A stretch of DNA of 64,000 nucleotides, from NCBI GenBank assembly GCA_963728915.1, contig CAVSLV010000001.1, forward strand, positions 416,001-480,000. The letters are read 5' to 3'. This document shows positions 59,065 through 64,000 of the stretch, piece by piece. A program made the translations under genes and the position numbers. The stretch's first letter is position 1; each line of letters begins with the position of its first letter. Under the pieces are notes generated by a model. It was not told where the DNA came from and searched no databases. It saw nothing but the letters and a program-made list of their open reading frames with translations. The DNA is from an uncultured Gemmatimonadales bacterium (GTDB lineage: Bacteria; Gemmatimonadota; Gemmatimonadetes; Gemmatimonadales; GWC2-71-9).

Positions 59065-61551
59065 ATGCTTCGCAGGACAGCACAGCTCGGCATGCTCTTC
59101 TCCGCCCTTGCCCTGGCGGCCTGTAACAGCGACGTGCTGCCGGCCGGGACCGCCGGCACGGTCACGGTGCGGGTCTACGTTGACGCCGATGGCAGCGCTG
59201 ATTTCAGCGCGGGAGACCCCGTCTTCACGGCGACCGTGACCCTGCTGGGCGCGGGCGGCGCCTCGCAGGAAGCCAGCACCGACGCCGGCGGCATCGCCTC
59301 CTTCAGCTCGGTGATGCCTGGCAGCTACAGCGCCACGCTGAGCGGAAGCGTTCCGGCGGGCGCCGTGCTGGCCTCCGCGGAGAGCCCCACCATCGTGGTT
59401 CCTTTCGGGGGTGGGGAGGTCGCGGCGCAGTTCCGCTATGTCTTCAATCCCGGCACCGTCAGTGGTGTGCTGTTCCGCGACGATAACGGCAACGGCGTTT
59501 TCGATCCGGGAACCGACACGCCCGCTCCCGGCATGCAGGCGGATCTCTTTGCCGGCGCCAGCGCGACCGGAACGCCGGTGGCGACCACCACGACGGGCAG
59601 CGGGGGCGAGTTCCAGTTCACCACGGTGCGCCCGGGGTCCTACACCCTCAAGGTGACGGCGATCCCGACGATCCAGATCGTCGGCGGCGAGACCCGCGCC
59701 ATCACGGTGGACGCGCAGGGGGCGGCGGAGGTTCCGGTGCAGTTTACCGGGAACCTGCTGATCTCCATCGCGCAGGTGCGCAGCGCGCCGGTGGGGATGA
59801 CGGTGGCGTTCGAGGGCACCGCCACGGTGAATGCCGCGATCACCGGAAGCAACCAGCTCTACGTCCAGGATGCCAATGCCGGCGTCCTGGTGTTTGGAGC
59901 CCCGACGGCCGGGATCGTGGCGGGTGACCAGGTCCGGGTCGTGGGCGCAGTGGCGATCTTCAATGGGGAGCTGGAGATCGCGGCGCCGTCGGGCGGAACC
60001 CTCAGCGTCACCAAGCTGAGCAGTGGGGCGGTTCCCGCGCCCCGCTCACTCACGGTTCCCCAGGTTCTCTCCAACCAGTACCTGGGCCAGCTGGTGAGCC
60101 TCCTTGGGTTGCGGGTCCGCAGCGTCGCCACGACCGGCGCCACCTCCTACAACGTGAATGTCGTTGGGGATATGCCGGCCGATACGTTCCAGGTCCGCAT
60201 CGGCAACAGCAACAACGTCCCCATCCCGGTCGCCTTCTGGGAAGTCGGGCGGAAGTACGACGTCACCGGACTGGTCGGGGTGTTCAACGGGCTGATCCAG
60301 CTCAAGCCCAGAGCCCCCGGCGACGCGATCGCGGGCCTGCTCACCCAGACGATCGCCGAGGCCCGCGCCCATGCCTCGGGCGATACCGTCACGGTGGAGG
60401 GCGTGATCTACGTGGGCACGGCGGTCTACACGCTCGCCTCGGCGGCCAACTGGAACTTCTACATGGAGGACGCCACCGGCGGCACCCAGGTGTTCAACGT
60501 GCCCAACGGGACCAGTTACGCCGCGGGAGACAGCGTGCGGGTGCGGGGGGCGGTGTCGTTCTTCAACGCCGAGTATGAAATCGCACGGTTCAACGCCAGC
60601 TCGCCGCCGGTGATCGACCGGCTCGGCAGCGGGATGATCCCGCACTCGAGGACGCTGTCGGGGATGCAGCTCGCGAGCAAGGCCTTCGACGGGCAGCTGG
60701 TCCGGCTCAGCGGCCTGCAGGTCGTGAGCGTCAGCACTCCGAACGCGAGCGGGGCCTACAACGTGGTCACGACGGCGCCGGATGGGACGGCGGTGACCGC
60801 CCGGATCGATGCGAGTCCGGTGGGCATCGTGAACACCTCGTGGATGGTCGGGATGTCGTACGACGTCACCGGGGCCGCGCTCAACTTCTCGACCAACGGC
60901 ACCAGCTTCACGCCCGAGGTGAAACCCCGTTCGCCGGCGGACGTCGAGCTCTCGACCCCGACCGTCATCAGTATCCTGGCGGCTCGCGCCATCAACAACG
61001 ACACCGTGACGGTGGAAGGCGTGGTGATCGCCGGCCAGGGCACCTTCCGGAGCGACAATGCCTACATCCAGGACGCCACCGGCGGGGTGCAGATCTTCAA
61101 CCTGCCCAGCGGGTTAATGCTCCACACCGGGGACCAGGTGCGGGTGCACGGCAAGATGACGACCTTCAGCAGCGAGAAGGAGATCACCAACAACCTGACC
61201 CCGTCCGATTCCATCCGGGTGACGAAGCTGGGGGACGGCGTCGCGCCCCCGCCGCGGGTGGTCACCGGCGCGGAGTTCGCCGCGCGCACCTATGAAGGGC
61301 AGCTTCTCACCCTGACGGATGTCGCCATCCTGACGGTCGGTACCCCGAGCGGGAGCGGCACCTACACGGTGACCGGGACCGCGGCGGACGGAACCCCGGT
61401 GACCCTGTTCATGTCGGCCCCGGTCGGGAGCGTCCCGCCCCCGGCCACCTTTGCGGTCGGCGCCCACTACGACCTGACCGGCGTGGCGGTGCCCTTCAGC
61501 GGCGCCGCGGAGCTCAAGCCGCGCGGCGCGGCGGACGTGGTGGCGCGATGA
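59065..61551 (+). CDS. Lipoprotein with two SdrD-B-like domains and three OB-fold repeat units
   Basis: Lipobox LAAC; FRDDNGNGVFD; three units of I..AR...VTVEG..Y.QD.TGG..GD.VRV.G...GQL...YD.TG...KPR...D at ~59761, 60349 and 60967. Confidence 0.85.
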   Translation: MLRRTAQLGMLFSALALAACNSDVLPAGTAGTVTVRVYVDADGSADFSAGDPVFTATVTLLGAGGASQEASTDAGGIASFSSVMPGSYSATLSGSVPAGAVLASAESPTIVVPFGGGEVAAQFRYVFNPGTVSGVLFRDDNGNGVFDPGTDTPAPGMQADLFAGASATGTPVATTTTGSGGEFQFTTVRPGSYTLKVTAIPTIQIVGGETRAITVDAQGAAEVPVQFTGNLLISIAQVRSAPVGMTVAFEGTATVNAAITGSNQLYVQDANAGVLVFGAPTAGIVAGDQVRVVGAVAIFNGELEIAAPSGGTLSVTKLSSGAVPAPRSLTVPQVLSNQYLGQLVSLLGLRVRSVATTGATSYNVNVVGDMPADTFQVRIGNSNNVPIPVAFWEVGRKYDVTGLVGVFNGLIQLKPRAPGDAIAGLLTQTIAEARAHASGDTVTVEGVIYVGTAVYTLASAANWNFYMEDATGGTQVFNVPNGTSYAAGDSVRVRGAVSFFNAEYEIARFNASSPPVIDRLGSGMIPHSRTLSGMQLASKAFDGQLVRLSGLQVVSVSTPNASGAYNVVTTAPDGTAVTARIDASPVGIVNTSWMVGMSYDVTGAALNFSTNGTSFTPEVKPRSPADVELSTPTVISILAARAINNDTVTVEGVVIAGQGTFRSDNAYIQDATGGVQIFNLPSGLMLHTGDQVRVHGKMTTFSSEKEITNNLTPSDSIRVTKLGDGVAPPPRVVTGAEFAARTYEGQLLTLTDVAILTVGTPSGSGTYTVTGTAADGTPVTLFMSAPVGSVPPPATFAVGAHYDLTGVAVPFSGAAELKPRGAADVVAR

Positions 61552-62588
61552 CCAGACTGCTTCCCTTGCCCAGGCGTCCCATGCGCTTCCGGGTTCTCTC
61601 CCCGACCCTCGCCCTCCTGGCTGGCGCCGCGGCGGCCTGCGCGCCGGAGCCGGCCCCACCGTTCGAGGTCAACGGCACGGGCAACCTGTCGGGCATTCTC
61701 TATCTGGACCGCGACCGCAGCGGCAGCTTCGATCCTTCCTCGGGCGACAGCGCGCTCGACCATGTGCACCTGCAGGTCTTTTCCCGGGGCACCAGTGAGG
61801 TGCTGGCGGGGGCCGACACCCACAGTGACGCGCAGGGCCGCTTCGCTTTTGCCGGGCTGCCGGCGGGCACCCACTGGCTCGCGATCGACACCGCCGGCAA
61901 CAGCGCGATCGTCGCCTTCTGCAATAACCCGCTGCCGGTGAGCATTTACCTGGACGAGACCACCTTCGCGTCGGTCGATGGCCGGAACGGCTGTGTCATC
62001 AGTATCGCCGACGCCGAGCAGATGTCCATCAACGCGCGGGTCACCGTCCGGGGGACCGTCACCTCCACGCTGGCCCAGATCTCGACCGGAGCGGCCTACC
62101 TCGAAGACGAGACCGGCGGGATCCAGCTCTTCAGCCCCACCGGCCCCGCCTTCGCCATCGGTGACGTCGTGGAAGCCTCGGGCAATCTCGCGGTCTTCTC
62201 CAACGAGCTGGAGCTGACCTCGTCCACCATCAACACCGTGACCCCGGGAACACCGCTCGACCCGTTCGATGTCACCGGGGCGGAGGCCGCGGCTGCGGGC
62301 GGCGACCAGCGGGCCAACCTGCAGGGCCGGCTGGTGCGGATCCGGCACGCCAAGCTGCTCGACGCCTTCACCACGGGCGGGAACCGCAACGCCGAGATCG
62401 ACGACGGCACCTCGACCATCACGATCCGCTATGACAGCCACGTCGTAGCCAATACGTCCACGCTGACGAGCACTTTCAGCGTCGGCAGGTGCTATGACTG
62501 GACCGGGATCCTCAAGGCCTTCACCTCCCCGGCCGTCGAGCTGTTCCCCCGGTCGCTGAGCGACGCAACGGAGGTCCCGTGTCCCTGA
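61548..62588 (+). CDS. Lipoprotein with SdrD-B-like domain and one OB-fold repeat unit
   Basis: Lipobox AAAC; YLDRDRSGSFD; ISIADA...VTVRG..YLEDETGGI..GDVV...QGRLV...YDWTG...PRSLSD. Confidence 0.85.
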   Translation: MTRLLPLPRRPMRFRVLSPTLALLAGAAAACAPEPAPPFEVNGTGNLSGILYLDRDRSGSFDPSSGDSALDHVHLQVFSRGTSEVLAGADTHSDAQGRFAFAGLPAGTHWLAIDTAGNSAIVAFCNNPLPVSIYLDETTFASVDGRNGCVISIADAEQMSINARVTVRGTVTSTLAQISTGAAYLEDETGGIQLFSPTGPAFAIGDVVEASGNLAVFSNELELTSSTINTVTPGTPLDPFDVTGAEAAAAGGDQRANLQGRLVRIRHAKLLDAFTTGGNRNAEIDDGTSTITIRYDSHVVANTSTLTSTFSVGRCYDWTGILKAFTSPAVELFPRSLSDATEVPCP

Positions 62589-64000
62589 AACCTGTCGAGC
62601 GATTGCTGGCTGGCGGCGTCCTGCTCGCCGCCCTGTGGGCCCCCGTTCCAGCCGCCGCGCAGAACGCCGCCACGACCGGCGCGATCCGCGGCCGGGTGAC
62701 CAGCGCGGCGGGCACTCCGCTCGGCGACGCGCTGGTGAACGGCCGCAATGCGAATACCGGCCAGGAGCGGGACACCCACACCAATGCGGCCGGGCAATAC
62801 CTGCTTCCGCTGCTTCCGCCGGGCACCTACACGGTGAGCGTCCGGGCCATCGGATTCCACGCCGATTCCCTGACCGGAGTGGCCGTCACGGTCGGCCAGA
62901 CCGCCACCGCCAACTTCGCCATGCAGCCGCAGGCCGTGGTCCTGCCCGAGGTCGAGGTCAACGCCGCCACCCGCGCCACCATCGACGTCACCAGCGCGGC
63001 TGCCGCGCAGAGCGTGGGTCGTAACGAAATCGAAACCCTCCCGTCCCTGGGGCGGGATTTTACCGATTTCATCAACCTCTCCGGGCTGGTCGCCCCGAAT
63101 CCGGAGCGGACCACGGGCGGGCAGTTCTCGATCGCGGGGCTGCGGCCGTCGCAGACCAATGTGCAGATCGACGGGGTCGACGCCAACAACGCCTTCTTCG
63201 GCGAAAACCGGGGCGGCTCCCGGATTCCCTTCGTCTTTTCCCTGGAATCGATCCGGGAATTCCAGGTGATCACCAACGGCTTCGACGTGGAGTACGGCAA
63301 CTACACCGGCGGCGTGGTCAACGTGGTCACCCGGGGTGGCACCAACCGGCTGGAAGGCGGGTTCTACGGCAACTACCGGGGCGACCGCTTGACCGCGTCG
63401 GACTTTGCGGGCAACCCGGCGGCGGATTTCAACGTGGAGCAGTTTGCCGGACGGCTCTCCGGCCCGATCAAGCGCGACAAGGCCTTCTTCTTCCTGTCGC
63501 TGGACGGCCAGCGCCGACGCGAGCCGCAGCTTCCGCTGCGCCCCGAATATTTCCTCGACAAGCTGGACGCCAGCGGCAATCCGGCCCCCGACTCCACCGG
63601 CTACAACAACTTTCAGCAGTTCCTGGGCATCCTCGAGAACACCTACGGCATCCACGATGCCGCCTCACAGTATCAGACCTTTCAGACCCTGAATGATGTG
63701 ATCACCGTGTTCGGCCGGGTGGACTGGAACCTGAACAAGCGCCATCACCTGTCGATCCGGGAGAACTTCGCCGATCACAACAACGACAACCTGTTCAACC
63801 CGAGCTTCGACTTCAATTACGGGCTGGCGCGCGCCGAGAAGCTGGGCGACCGCTCCTCCTCGCTGGTGAGCGAGCTGGAGTCGGTGGTGGGCACCCGGGG
63901 CGCCAATGTGCTGCGGGTGCAGTACTCCTACGAGGACCGCCCCCGGAACGGGCACGACCTCCGGCCCTCGCTCTCGATCACGAACATCGGCGGCGGACAG
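62579..64000 (+). CDS. TonB-dependent transporter, Oar-like (runs off the window end)
   Basis: GGAGG RBS plus GTG; signal peptide AAA-Q; N-terminal carboxypeptidase-regulatory-like domain; GRDFTDF, IDGVDANN, SLESIREFQV, EYGNYTGGVVNVVTRGGTN. Confidence 0.93.
   Translation, partial: MSLKPVERLLAGGVLLAALWAPVPAAAQNAATTGAIRGRVTSAAGTPLGDALVNGRNANTGQERDTHTNAAGQYLLPLLPPGTYTVSVRAIGFHADSLTGVAVTVGQTATANFAMQPQAVVLPEVEVNAATRATIDVTSAAAAQSVGRNEIETLPSLGRDFTDFINLSGLVAPNPERTTGGQFSIAGLRPSQTNVQIDGVDANNAFFGENRGGSRIPFVFSLESIREFQVITNGFDVEYGNYTGGVVNVVTRGGTNRLEGGFYGNYRGDRLTASDFAGNPAADFNVEQFAGRLSGPIKRDKAFFFLSLDGQRRREPQLPLRPEYFLDKLDASGNPAPDSTGYNNFQQFLGILENTYGIHDAASQYQTFQTLNDVITVFGRVDWNLNKRHHLSIRENFADHNNDNLFNPSFDFNYGLARAEKLGDRSSSLVSELESVVGTRGANVLRVQYSYEDRPRNGHDLRPSLSITNIGGGQ

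Overview
High-GC bacterial window. Gene order and content (mutL-miaA-bshA-uppP-birA, ADOP-type permeases with PadR, clade II nosZ) suggest a Gemmatimonadota-like genome; this is an inference. From left to right: (1) 1-14.4 kb is a housekeeping run: a Bat/vWA cluster and an SDR gene, both heavily frameshifted near the window start (probably read errors), then mutL, miaA, bshA, uppP, birA, a UbiA-family gene and a beta-barrel/NlpC-P60 fusion. (2) 14.4-26 kb holds a copper-monooxygenase-like protein, a two-component pair, two orphan ABC permeases and small secreted proteins. (3) 26-32.7 kb is a clade II nitrous oxide reductase operon (rrf2-cytc-nosZ-D-F-Y-B) with a perfect 11-6-11 palindrome upstream, divergent from groES-groEL. 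(4) About 35-47 kb is a lower-GC island just after groEL. It carries a SIR2-STAND-TPR-cold-shock-domain defence protein and a type II R-M pair, bracketed by two related palindromes with compensatory changes, then surface proteins including one with 345-bp ABAB tandem repeats. (5) 47-51 kb contains gene remnants interleaved with three intact toxin-antitoxin pairs. (6) 51-57.5 kb has hslR, a sulfite-oxidase-family gene and a cupredoxin/hybrid kinase/beta-barrel module. (7) 57.7-64 kb is the best candidate for an undescribed system: a ComEC-type metallo-beta-lactamase lipoprotein divergent from two OB-fold-repeat lipoproteins and a TonB-dependent transporter, a putative extracellular nucleic-acid capture and uptake locus. 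All calls come from reading motifs by eye; no searches were run.
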